A DNA stretch of 64,000 nt from assembly GCA_003602475.1 (NCBI GenBank), contig QQSC01000016.1, positions 83,675-147,674 of the forward strand, given 5' to 3'. The stretch comes from Candidatus Poseidoniales archaeon. Its GTDB lineage: Archaea; Thermoplasmatota; Poseidoniia; Poseidoniales; Poseidoniaceae. A program made the translations under genes and the position numbers. The notes under the pieces were generated by a model. It was not told the origin of the DNA. It saw nothing but the letters and a program-made list of their open reading frames with translations, and searched no databases. Shown one piece after another: positions 1 through 8,397 of this stretch; within the stretch, counting starts at the first letter, position 1; every line of letters begins with the position of its first letter.

Positions 1-716
1 TTCCGAGGGAGAATCCACCCGAGAATCCGTTCCATCCACTTCAATTTGTCCAATTTCCGGGTTGGTTCGGTGACGCCTGACCATCGCCCCACCCGGTGCG
101 TGGAAAACCCGACACGCTGAATCCGATTTGGGGTTACGCCGGCGGCCAGCAACATGCACACCGCCCGGTCCCCATCGGTGAACCCGCCGGGGTTGTGCAT
201 ATCGGGCAAATGTTCTCGTGTCTGATGGGTCAACATCAGGGGTGGCGGCGCGTCAAGCGAGGACCACATCTCCAGGAAGCCAGGCCAAGTGTCCAAGTTG
301 TCTCCATGAGCATGAACGATCAACGGTACGCCTTCTCTTGCGGCTCTGTCCAAATGTTCACCACCGTCCAAGTCGGTCACCACGCACAGAACGGGCACAA
401 CGTCATGGCAGGCCCCGACGGCTCCATCAGCCGCTACAACCACAGAACCCTCTGTCAACACCGCTTCCACGTCTTCTGGTTCTGCAGCGGCGCCAACCAC
501 AATGACCTCAGAGGCCGCCTTCAGGTGGCGAACCAACCGTTCAAGGGTGGCTTGTCTGGCGTCCGGTGACCAATGGTGAACGGAAAAAGGGGATGAACCG
601 CTGAGGGCTGACAGCAACCTCTTGGCACTGGCTGCATCGTCATCGTGGGACCAACCAAAGTGCTCTCTCACCTCGTCTTGAACACTCAAAAGGCGAGGGT
701 CCACCGCCTTCATCAT
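1..716 (-). CDS. MptE-like 6-hydroxymethylpterin diphosphokinase family protein (DUF115); 3' end cut by window edge
   Basis: Absent from the ORF track because it runs off the left edge. My own reverse-strand translation from ATG 716 reads MMKAVDPRLLSVQDEVREHFGWSHDDD...CVVTDLDGGEHL...LIVHAHGDNLD...NPGGFTDGDRAV... There are in-frame TGA TGA stops just upstream of 716. TDLDG, HAHGDN and GFTDGDRA are motifs I associate with DUF115/MptE. Confidence 0.6.
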   Translation of the reverse strand, partial: MMKAVDPRLLSVQDEVREHFGWSHDDDAASAKRLLSALSGSSPFSVHHWSPDARQATLERLVRHLKAASEVIVVGAAAEPEDVEAVLTEGSVVVAADGAVGACHDVVPVLCVVTDLDGGEHLDRAAREGVPLIVHAHGDNLDTWPGFLEMWSSLDAPPPLMLTHQTREHLPDMHNPGGFTDGDRAVCMLLAAGVTPNRIQRVGFSTHRVGRWSGVTEPTRKLDKLKWMERILGWILPR

Positions 717-794
717 GGGGCGCCACCCCCTCACCCTTCATCATCTCACCGCCGCAAGCCGACCTTGATAACGGGTGGAGCGGCTGGCAATTTC

Positions 795-2039
795 ATGCCG
801 GTGCCTCACACACCACCACCCATAGCGGACGAGGTGACGCTGGCTCGGTACCCGTTCCTACCGCAGGCGTCGGAATGGATTCGTGGGATGGCCCTCCGGC
901 ACAGCATTAACCTCGACGAACTGCTTGACGGCTCGTGGATGGACAAGGCCCGTCAACGAGCACGGTTGCGATTGATTGACACCGTCCAGTCCAAGGAAGG
1001 TGTTCAGGTGTCGGGGGGCGACATCCACACCGAAGAGGGGCGCATCGTGGAGGCCTTCTCGTTTTACTACGCACGCTTGGTGGTGTGCGCAAGTGAGGAT
1101 GAGCGATTGGTGGCAAGATGGGCTCAAGCAGAAGCAGCCCGAGCGGAGCAACTGTTGATGCTTGACGCTGTCAACCTCCCCCTCGTGGCCAACACCTACG
1201 TGACAGAACTTCGTCTCAAGGAAAGCGTCGCCGTGCCCACCATGGCCGCATCCCCAAGCACGCCACTCCGCCAACGCCGTCAAGGTACGTCGGACCTGTG
1301 GCAAATCGGGTTGTCGGATTTTATTGAAATCTGTCCGAAAATCACCGGGCAGCGCTGGAGGTTGCCAAATGCAGATGTCGAAGGCGGTTGGGTCACGTTG
1401 CACAACGAACGCCAATACGCGTCTTCGGCCAAACTTGCAAGGTTGTTGCGAGAACGAATCAAAGCCGCAGTTGAAGCGGACGCCCTTGAAAAAATGGCTG
1501 AAATCAACACCGATTTGGCCGTTCGTCTGGCTGAGCCGGTGGGCATGGTTCGCAACTTGATGGCCAGCAAGGCCAGTGAAGCTATTTCGCTGGTCGGGGC
1601 CGATGAAACGGATTGGCCCCCGTGCATGCAGAAAATCGTTGCAGAACTTGCCACGGGCGTCAACGTCAACCACTTTGGTCGTCTGTTCTTGGCTTCCATG
1701 GCGTCCACCTTAGCGCTACCCGAGGAATCGTGCGTGAATTTTTTCCGCGGAGCGCCCGATTTCAGCGAAGGCACGACCACCTATCAGGTGCAACACGTGT
1801 ACCAGCACGGTTACACCCCTTCGGGTTGTGGGAAACTGAAGATCAACCACAACTGTCCAGTTCTCCCGGGTGACAACAGAACGTGCGATCAATCTTGGAT
1901 GGATCACCCCCTCAAGTACATCAGAGCCACCCAGCGCTGGAAACGATTGACACGACCAAAGGCAGAACCGGCGCCGGAGGCCAACAATTCGGAGAAAGTA
2001 AACAACACCTCCGACATTGTCGGGGATGCCAATAAATGA
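795..2039 (+). CDS. priL: DNA primase large subunit PriL
   Basis: Track ORF 645..2039. Start moved to ATG 795 (MPVPHTPPPIADEVTLARYPFLPQA) because the GTG-645 extension overlaps the divergent gene. The C-terminal Fe-S cysteines (WPPCMQKI, CVNFF, GCGKLKINHNCP) are typical of archaeal PriL. Confidence 0.8.
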   Translation: MPVPHTPPPIADEVTLARYPFLPQASEWIRGMALRHSINLDELLDGSWMDKARQRARLRLIDTVQSKEGVQVSGGDIHTEEGRIVEAFSFYYARLVVCASEDERLVARWAQAEAARAEQLLMLDAVNLPLVANTYVTELRLKESVAVPTMAASPSTPLRQRRQGTSDLWQIGLSDFIEICPKITGQRWRLPNADVEGGWVTLHNERQYASSAKLARLLRERIKAAVEADALEKMAEINTDLAVRLAEPVGMVRNLMASKASEAISLVGADETDWPPCMQKIVAELATGVNVNHFGRLFLASMASTLALPEESCVNFFRGAPDFSEGTTTYQVQHVYQHGYTPSGCGKLKINHNCPVLPGDNRTCDQSWMDHPLKYIRATQRWKRLTRPKAEPAPEANNSEKVNNTSDIVGDANK

Positions 2040-3649
2040 GAGAACATTCATCACGGTCCATGCATGAGGGCGAGGTTGGTTCATCCAAGCCAAACCCCCC
2101 GTTGCTTTACCGATTGTTCAGATGGCTGTTCAGGTTCATCACCAGCATTTGGTTTCGGGAGATCAACGTCGTTGACGATGAATACATTTCCGATGAAGCG
2201 GGTGTGCTGTTTCTCACGTGGCATCCAAACGGTCTCATCGACCCCATGTTGATGACCGCACGATTGCCAGGGAAGTTGTCGACCTTGGTCCATCACGGCA
2301 TGTTTCGAGTTCCCTTTGTCGGCTGGGTTTTCCGGAAAGCCGGCGTGATCCCATTCGGCATGAAACCAAAGGGTCGAGTGAACATTGGCCTGGGCCCGAA
2401 CACATCCGAAGTCCTCGATGAGATGTCAGAAGAACTCGCTTTTGGCGGCCAAGTGCTGATGTTCCCTGAAGAATCCACTCACGACCATGCCACGGTACAG
2501 CGGGTCAGGTCAGGAGCGGCACGCATTCTTCTTTCAGCCAGCCGCCAAGCGGACGCTGCTGGAAAACCAAGACCTCGCGTCGTTCCGGTTGGCCTGCACT
2601 ATTCAGCATCGCATGTGTTCAGGGAACGGGCCGCCATCGTCCTCGAAAGGGCAATGGAACTGCCGCCTGTGCCCACGGAGGGCGGCAACACCGAGGATGC
2701 AGATCAGGCGTGGGTGGCGACCGTGACCAAAGCACTGGAAATTGAATTGAAACGAGCCAACTTGTCGAAAACGTCGTGGGAAGAACGCACCTTGATCTGG
2801 AAGGGACGGGCCTTGGTGCATGCCGAAAAGCAGCGGCAAGCCGGTCAAGTCGTGGCCCGAGTTTCCTACGCTGAGGCGATTGTGGGAGCGCGGCGACTGA
2901 GGGCTGGGTGGGAGTACATGGCCGAACATGAACCGGAGGTGACTCAGCAACTTGTTCACGACTGCCAACATCATTTCGACGACCTTGAAACCCGTTCACT
3001 CTCCCCTCATGATATCGATGCTCGCCCAGAAGAGGTGACAAACTTTGGCGCCGTCAAAGCGTTTGGTTCCTGGGTATGGGCGCTGGTGTGGATGTTTGGC
3101 CTCGTAACATGGGGCGCCATGATTGGAAACTATGCCCCGTACAAATTTCAGAGTCTTCTCGAGCGCTTTACTCGGCGAGCAGGTGTGAACGATTCGATGC
3201 AAGGCAGCATCAAAGTGCTGACTTCGGTCGTCCTCTTTCCCTTGTGGTGGTTGACCTTGGCGATCATGCTGACATGGCTGCTGCTTGACCCGTTGAGTCC
3301 TGTGCATCAAGCCTTTGCTGCGCATCAGGTGCTTCGGCTTGTCACCCTTCTTCCTGCGGCGGGGATGTTCATCGTCTTCATGTTGTTTTGGCCGTTGAGC
3401 GCCCGTGCCCATATGAACCTCTTTGCTCGTTGGTTGCGAGCCAGTCGCAGGTTGCGCCAATGGCAAGCATGGCAAGACGAGAGCAAGGATTGGGACCATC
3501 TTGTGGTGCGGCAGCAAGAACTGGCTGCCCGCTTGGTCGGTTTGGGAGCCACATTGGTGCTGCCAGGGGACAACGATTGGGTTGAACCGACGTCGGGAAC
3601 CGATGACGCCACGGCTGTTTACCGCCGCATTCAGGTGGTGAATGGATGA
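2036..3649 (+). CDS. PlsC/LPLAT-family acyltransferase with C-terminal multi-TM extension
   Basis: Acyltransferase blocks LFLTWHPNGLIDPML, VFRKAGVIPF and MFPEESTHD in the N-terminal ~250 aa. Several hydrophobic helices lie at the C-terminus (WVWALVWMFGLVTWGAMIG, VLTSVVLFPLWWLTLAIMLTWLLL, LLPAAGMFIVFMLFWPL). ATG 2036 overlaps the priL stop (ATGA). Confidence 0.7.
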   Translation: MREHSSRSMHEGEVGSSKPNPPLLYRLFRWLFRFITSIWFREINVVDDEYISDEAGVLFLTWHPNGLIDPMLMTARLPGKLSTLVHHGMFRVPFVGWVFRKAGVIPFGMKPKGRVNIGLGPNTSEVLDEMSEELAFGGQVLMFPEESTHDHATVQRVRSGAARILLSASRQADAAGKPRPRVVPVGLHYSASHVFRERAAIVLERAMELPPVPTEGGNTEDADQAWVATVTKALEIELKRANLSKTSWEERTLIWKGRALVHAEKQRQAGQVVARVSYAEAIVGARRLRAGWEYMAEHEPEVTQQLVHDCQHHFDDLETRSLSPHDIDARPEEVTNFGAVKAFGSWVWALVWMFGLVTWGAMIGNYAPYKFQSLLERFTRRAGVNDSMQGSIKVLTSVVLFPLWWLTLAIMLTWLLLDPLSPVHQAFAAHQVLRLVTLLPAAGMFIVFMLFWPLSARAHMNLFARWLRASRRLRQWQAWQDESKDWDHLVVRQQELAARLVGLGATLVLPGDNDWVEPTSGTDDATAVYRRIQVVNG

Positions 3650-3719
3650 ACGGTACTTCGGGACATTCGCACAAGGGTTTGAATGAAAGAAGCAGGGTGG
3701 AACCACCGGAGGGGAGCTC

Positions 3720-4838
3720 GTGACTCGAACGCTGGTGTTGACGGTTGACCGAGACGACGATCTCGGAAAAAAGACCTCGATACGTGGCCCTGTGGTCGGA
3801 CGACGGCAGGTCTTGACCTCTGCCCTCAAACTCGGTATCGCCGATCCCGAAGAGAGCGATACCAACGCCATACTTGGAGCGCTGTCCCAGTTTGACAAGT
3901 TGGTTGAGAGCAAAGCAGAAGGCGACGAAGTCCAAGTTGCCATTCTAACAGGGGACGAAAAAGTCGGCGTCCGTTCCGACCGTGCAATCGCTGCTCAACT
4001 TGAGGAGGTCGTGTCTGCATTCCAACCCGACCAAGCTCTGCTGGTAACCGACGGGGCTGAAGACGAAAGTGTTCTGCCGATCATCCAATCTCAAGTTCGT
4101 GTTGACCACGTGGAAAAAGTCATTGTAAAGCAATCGAAGGGAATCGAGGGAACCTACTACTACATCGTCAAAGCCTTGGAAGACGAAAAATGGCGCTCCA
4201 GAATCATGATCCCGGTGGGAGCCGTTATGGCCATTTTTGGCTTGGGAATCATGCTGCCAAACGAAATCGGAGGCGTCGTCATCGGCGCTCTTCCGCTGGT
4301 GTTGGGTCTGTACATCTTCAGCAAAGGAGCCGGCATTGAAAGCACCGTGAATCGTGTCATTCAAGAGATGCGAGAAAATGCCGACGCTGCCATGTTTTCT
4401 TCCCTGTTGTGGACGGCCACCCTCTTCAGTGCTATTTTTGCCGTGGCAGAAGGTTGGCGAGCGTTTGGCTCCTACGATGCTCCCGGTGCGTCATCGGTCA
4501 TGTGGTTGAACGTGATTCATTCATCGTTGGCATGGACGGTGATTGCTTTCCTCACTTCAACGGCAGGCTTCATGCTCTTGAGGCTAAAGCGCGGCTCGTT
4601 TTCTGGCAGCTTGATCGTTCTCAGCGTCTTTGGCATGGTCGTGTACTCGTTCCTCAACTCAGCCCTCGACATTGCCATCCGTGTTCTTGACGGAGAGGCG
4701 TACACCTTCAGCGTCAATACAATCCTCGCCGACCTCGCCGACCCCATCATTTGGGTGGTGGTGTTGTGGACCGTGACCACCATTGTACGTTCCCTCAAGG
4801 CCCGCCAAGTGCAAAGCGAGCGGTATTGGGGCATTTGA
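3720..4838 (+). CDS. DUF373-family archaeal integral membrane protein
   Basis: N-terminus LVLTVDRDDDLGKKTSIRGPVVGRR...LGIADPEESDTNAILGA matches my memory of DUF373, followed by multiple TM helices. GTG start. Confidence 0.65.
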   Translation: MTRTLVLTVDRDDDLGKKTSIRGPVVGRRQVLTSALKLGIADPEESDTNAILGALSQFDKLVESKAEGDEVQVAILTGDEKVGVRSDRAIAAQLEEVVSAFQPDQALLVTDGAEDESVLPIIQSQVRVDHVEKVIVKQSKGIEGTYYYIVKALEDEKWRSRIMIPVGAVMAIFGLGIMLPNEIGGVVIGALPLVLGLYIFSKGAGIESTVNRVIQEMRENADAAMFSSLLWTATLFSAIFAVAEGWRAFGSYDAPGASSVMWLNVIHSSLAWTVIAFLTSTAGFMLLRLKRGSFSGSLIVLSVFGMVVYSFLNSALDIAIRVLDGEAYTFSVNTILADLADPIIWVVVLWTVTTIVRSLKARQVQSERYWGI

Positions 4839-4864
4839 CGCGGACAACCCCCATCAACTGCTAA

Positions 4865-5302
4865 ATGCCACCGCAGCCACCCAACCTTATGGGTCAAGTT
4901 CCCGACCATGAACTCGCCAAACTTCGCTCCCTCCAAGGGTACGATCAAATGCTGGAAATGGACCGTGTGTGCAGGACCTACGGCGTGGATGAGCCAGCAT
5001 TGAAGATTCTCCTCACCTCATCGGCCGCCCCGTCTTCAACGCCAGAGCAAAAGGATTCCACAGGCTGGGACACGTCGCACAAGGACCGTCCCGTTGCCGC
5101 CGTCGCTCAACAACCCACCATGATCGACAAGGACCGGCTGAGGTACGAATACGATCCAAGTCGAGCCGCTGCTGCTCGCCGTGAACAGGTCAGCCAGGCC
5201 ATTCTGTGCTCGGCTTGCGGTGTTGCCTTGGGCATTCCTGATGTACGTCCCATCAAAGTCACCTGTCCATCGTGTCTTACTGAAACGACGTACACCAGTT
5301 AA
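4865..5302 (+). CDS. hypothetical protein with C-terminal zinc-ribbon
   Basis: 145-aa ORF. The C-terminus carries two CxxC pairs (CSACGVALG...CPSCLTE). No family recognised. Confidence 0.45.
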   Translation: MPPQPPNLMGQVPDHELAKLRSLQGYDQMLEMDRVCRTYGVDEPALKILLTSSAAPSSTPEQKDSTGWDTSHKDRPVAAVAQQPTMIDKDRLRYEYDPSRAAAARREQVSQAILCSACGVALGIPDVRPIKVTCPSCLTETTYTS

Positions 5303-5339
5303 TCGGTTGATTGATGAGGTTGCGCGCCCGCCATGGGTC

Positions 5340-6158
5340 ATGGACGACGGACCTCCTCGCTTTTGGCCGTACAGCCCAAACAATTCACCGTCCCTCCTCC
5401 CGGACCGGGCCATCCTGTTTACTTCAGAAACAACGCTTTCGCTGTCCAAGGACCAGAACAGCGATTCGTTGAGCGACGTGCTTGACACGGAAGGGCTTCG
5501 AACTTACCTCTCTGGATACACAACGGTCAATGCATCACTCGATGACGCCCTTCAAGCGGCCAATGCGCCAGGTCTCGACCAACGCAAACCTGTGCTGCTG
5601 CTTGGAGAGTTGGCTAACCCCTACCGCCTTCAGGACATGAAGATGGGCCCACTCCCTCTGTTCACGGTGCGTCTTGAGGGGGTCTGCACCACATGGTCAG
5701 ACGGTTTGGACCCGAGAGAAACCCAACCGGGCGTACACCATGTGACGCTTGCAAGAACCCCCGGCTGGTGGGAGACCGTCCACCTTGGCATGGCGACCCT
5801 CGACCAGCTCAAACTCATCCGTTCATGGATTGAAAACGGGGTTCGAGGTTCATGGCGACCCGTCAAACTCGGAGAAGGCGAGCTTCGCATTGAACACGAC
5901 CCGCTTCTCGAGCCGCCCAGCGCTGCCGACATCGACTGGGATGGCCAACATGAGGTCGTCAAGCGTTCTGCACCAGCCCCGAGCGGACCGTCCATCGACC
6001 TGGGGTCCGTGATGGCCCTCGTCCACACTCGGCAAGGCTGCTACAACAACAGAGGCCGTCTCGCAAGGTGCGCTCATCTCCAGCAGCGAGCCTTTCACGA
6101 AGGCCTGTTTCGCCGTGGCTCATCGCACCGTTGGGATTCTGTCCTCACCGTTCAGTAA
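5340..6158 (+). CDS. hypothetical protein
   Basis: Track ORF 5181..6158. Start moved to ATG 5340 (MDDGPPRFWPYSP) to remove the overlap with the preceding ORF. The Arg-rich last ~45 aa overlap ribD and may not be genuine. No family recognised. Confidence 0.4.
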   Translation: MDDGPPRFWPYSPNNSPSLLPDRAILFTSETTLSLSKDQNSDSLSDVLDTEGLRTYLSGYTTVNASLDDALQAANAPGLDQRKPVLLLGELANPYRLQDMKMGPLPLFTVRLEGVCTTWSDGLDPRETQPGVHHVTLARTPGWWETVHLGMATLDQLKLIRSWIENGVRGSWRPVKLGEGELRIEHDPLLEPPSAADIDWDGQHEVVKRSAPAPSGPSIDLGSVMALVHTRQGCYNNRGRLARCAHLQQRAFHEGLFRRGSSHRWDSVLTVQ

Positions 6159-7227
6159 GACGGAGGAACCGTTCCACACGTTCTTCGCCCCAGACGAATT
6201 CATCGACAAGGTGCAGGCCGGCTTGCTTGAGCACTTCTGGGCTGATGCCTGAGGGGACGGGTTCAACATGGGCCGTATCGGCGTGAACCAACAAGAATTC
6301 ATCCACGACCATCGCCTCGAGACAATTGGCTACGGTGGTCGGACCCCCTTCGATGAGCAACCGCTGGATGTTCAGGTCCCCCAATTCATTGAACAACCGT
6401 TCCAAGGACACAAAATCCGATTGAACCACCCGTGTTGCATGGCCATCGTTGAGGAGGTTGGCTTTGGGGGGCATACGGCCATTGGGATCGAGGACCAACC
6501 GCAAGGGTTGCTTTTCACACGGCACCAAACGGACGGTAAGAGCAGGGTCGTCCCGAACCACGGTCTCAACACCCACCATCACCGCATCGCAATCTCGTCG
6601 CAGTTCATGCACCTTCTCTAGGCACCCGGGGGAAGTAAACCGTTGTGCATCTTCCGAGCGGTCATCGACCGAACCGTTCCGGTCAATCGCCATTTTCACC
6701 GTAATCAGCGGGCTCCGATGTTTGCACCAATGAAGGAACCCTCTCATTTGCTCGCCCGCTTCGTCTCTGAGCAAACCGAAGGAGGTGGGGATGCCGTTGG
6801 ACAAAAGCACCTCTCCCCCCTTGCCGCGAACGGTGGGGTTCGGGTCTTCGTGGGCGATGAACACCTTGCTGACACCTGCCCACATCAACGCCTCCGTGCA
6901 CGGTGGAGTGCGACCAAAGTGATTGCAGGGTTCGAGGGTGACATAAGCCGTTGACCCGTTGGCGGACTGGCCCCGTTCTTCTGCGTCGTGAATGGCCATC
7001 TGCTCTGCATGAAGACCCCCGAGATGGTCGTGCCAGCCCTCGGCGATGACCTCCCCGTCTTTCACCAAGACACACCCAACCAGCGGATTGGGGCTTACAC
7101 GGCCACGGCCACGTTCTGCGACCCGCAACGCCTGCTGCATGAACGCCTTGTCCTCATCGGACCAACCTTCACCCATGTCGTTAGGAAGGGTGACGGCTTC
7201 ATGATATCTTGCTTTCCGTGGAGCCAT
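6145..7227 (-). CDS. ribD: bifunctional riboflavin biosynthesis protein RibD (pyrimidine deaminase / uracil reductase)
   Basis: CMP/dCMP-type zinc deaminase motifs HAEQMAI and EPCNHFGRTPPC, then a C-terminal RibD_C-like reductase half (ITVKMAIDRNG...LLIEGGP). An internal start at MGEGW (7176) is possible. Confidence 0.85.
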   Translation of the reverse strand: MAPRKARYHEAVTLPNDMGEGWSDEDKAFMQQALRVAERGRGRVSPNPLVGCVLVKDGEVIAEGWHDHLGGLHAEQMAIHDAEERGQSANGSTAYVTLEPCNHFGRTPPCTEALMWAGVSKVFIAHEDPNPTVRGKGGEVLLSNGIPTSFGLLRDEAGEQMRGFLHWCKHRSPLITVKMAIDRNGSVDDRSEDAQRFTSPGCLEKVHELRRDCDAVMVGVETVVRDDPALTVRLVPCEKQPLRLVLDPNGRMPPKANLLNDGHATRVVQSDFVSLERLFNELGDLNIQRLLIEGGPTTVANCLEAMVVDEFLLVHADTAHVEPVPSGISPEVLKQAGLHLVDEFVWGEERVERFLRLTER

Positions 7228-7323
7228 TGACGCGAGTCATGCAAGGTGAGATTAACTTATTCACTTTGCATGAACGCACCGTCTCACGGAAGGATTCTAA
7301 GTTTATTCCCTCATGCCAAGAGC

Positions 7324-8397
7324 ATGAACACGTCCACAACGCCCACATGGCCCTCTCCGTTGACGTTTGAGCCCGATGCCTCAAGCAAACGGAAAAAGGG
7401 CGCCCAGCGGCCAAAATTTTCACCCGTGTGGACGTTACCAGCACATCCTCGATCACCTCCTCAACGCATCCATTTGTTCGTCAACCCGTATTCCGGGAGG
7501 AAAAAGGGGGTTGCTGTTTCCGAACACGTGGTCAAACAATTGACAGCTGCTGGATTGGCCGTGGAAGTGCACCTTTCCCAGTCAGCCGGTCAACTTGTCA
7601 TGCTTGCCCGCTCCATAGAGTCCGAAGAGGGTGATGTGTTTGCCGTCGTTGGTGGTGACGGCAGTTTATCTGAGGTGATCACAGGGCGGTTTGAGCGAGG
7701 AAACGCCGAAGCCGAGATATTTGCTCTTGTTCCAGCTGGCACCGGGAATTCACAAGCGCACGACCTGCGCATTGATTCGGTCGACAAAGCGGTTCAGACC
7801 ATCCTCCACGGTCTCGGCCAACGGATGGATTTGGCCAGGGTGGAACTGACCGAGGGATTGCCCGGTGCCGAAAAAGGGCGGATTGTGCGGTACAGTCACA
7901 ATTTGGTGACCTGGGGTCTGGGGGTTGACTCGACGATTAAAGCGGAGAAAATGCGTTGGATGGGTCCTGTACGCTACGATGTGGGGATTGTCCTTTCCAT
8001 TCTGGCCAATCAACGCCGAACGGCGGTTTTAGAAATGGACGGCCACCGAATTGAGGATGATTTCACTCTTCTGCTCATTCAAAACAGTCAGACAGGCGGG
8101 TCGCAACTCCCCCTCGCTCCGGGCGCAAGTTTGGACGATGGTTGGATGGACATCGGTCTTCTGAAAAGCATGACACGCCGTCAGGTGTTCAAAGCGTTTG
8201 GAATGTTGAAAGCAGAGGGAAGGCATGTTTACCACCCACGGGTGGATTATCACCGGTTCAAGACGTTGAGCATCACCACAAAAGAACCGACAGCCGTGAA
8301 CGTCGACGGAGAAAATCTCGGTTCAACGCCGTTGGCCATGGAGGTCATGACAGGGGCCGTGACCGTTTTGGTGCCTTCTTCAGAACGAGAAGTCTGA
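7324..8397 (+). CDS. diacylglycerol-kinase-like lipid kinase (YegS/BmrU/sphingosine-kinase fold)
   Basis: IHLFVNPYSGRKKG and VVGGDGSLSEVITG (GGDGT-like) in a DAGK catalytic domain. Start uncertain: candidates are GTG 7246, ATG 7270 and ATG 7324. An AT-rich promoter-like stretch lies at 7250-7310. Confidence 0.75.
   Translation: MNTSTTPTWPSPLTFEPDASSKRKKGAQRPKFSPVWTLPAHPRSPPQRIHLFVNPYSGRKKGVAVSEHVVKQLTAAGLAVEVHLSQSAGQLVMLARSIESEEGDVFAVVGGDGSLSEVITGRFERGNAEAEIFALVPAGTGNSQAHDLRIDSVDKAVQTILHGLGQRMDLARVELTEGLPGAEKGRIVRYSHNLVTWGLGVDSTIKAEKMRWMGPVRYDVGIVLSILANQRRTAVLEMDGHRIEDDFTLLLIQNSQTGGSQLPLAPGASLDDGWMDIGLLKSMTRRQVFKAFGMLKAEGRHVYHPRVDYHRFKTLSITTKEPTAVNVDGENLGSTPLAMEVMTGAVTVLVPSSEREV

Noticed and set aside
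96-569. 157-aa plus-strand ORF (and 218..505) at the left edge
   Set aside because: The opposite strand across 1..716 translates into a clean MptE/DUF115-like protein with TDLDG, HAHGDN and GFTDGDRA motifs. The plus-strand ORFs are Arg/His/Gly-rich shadow frames.
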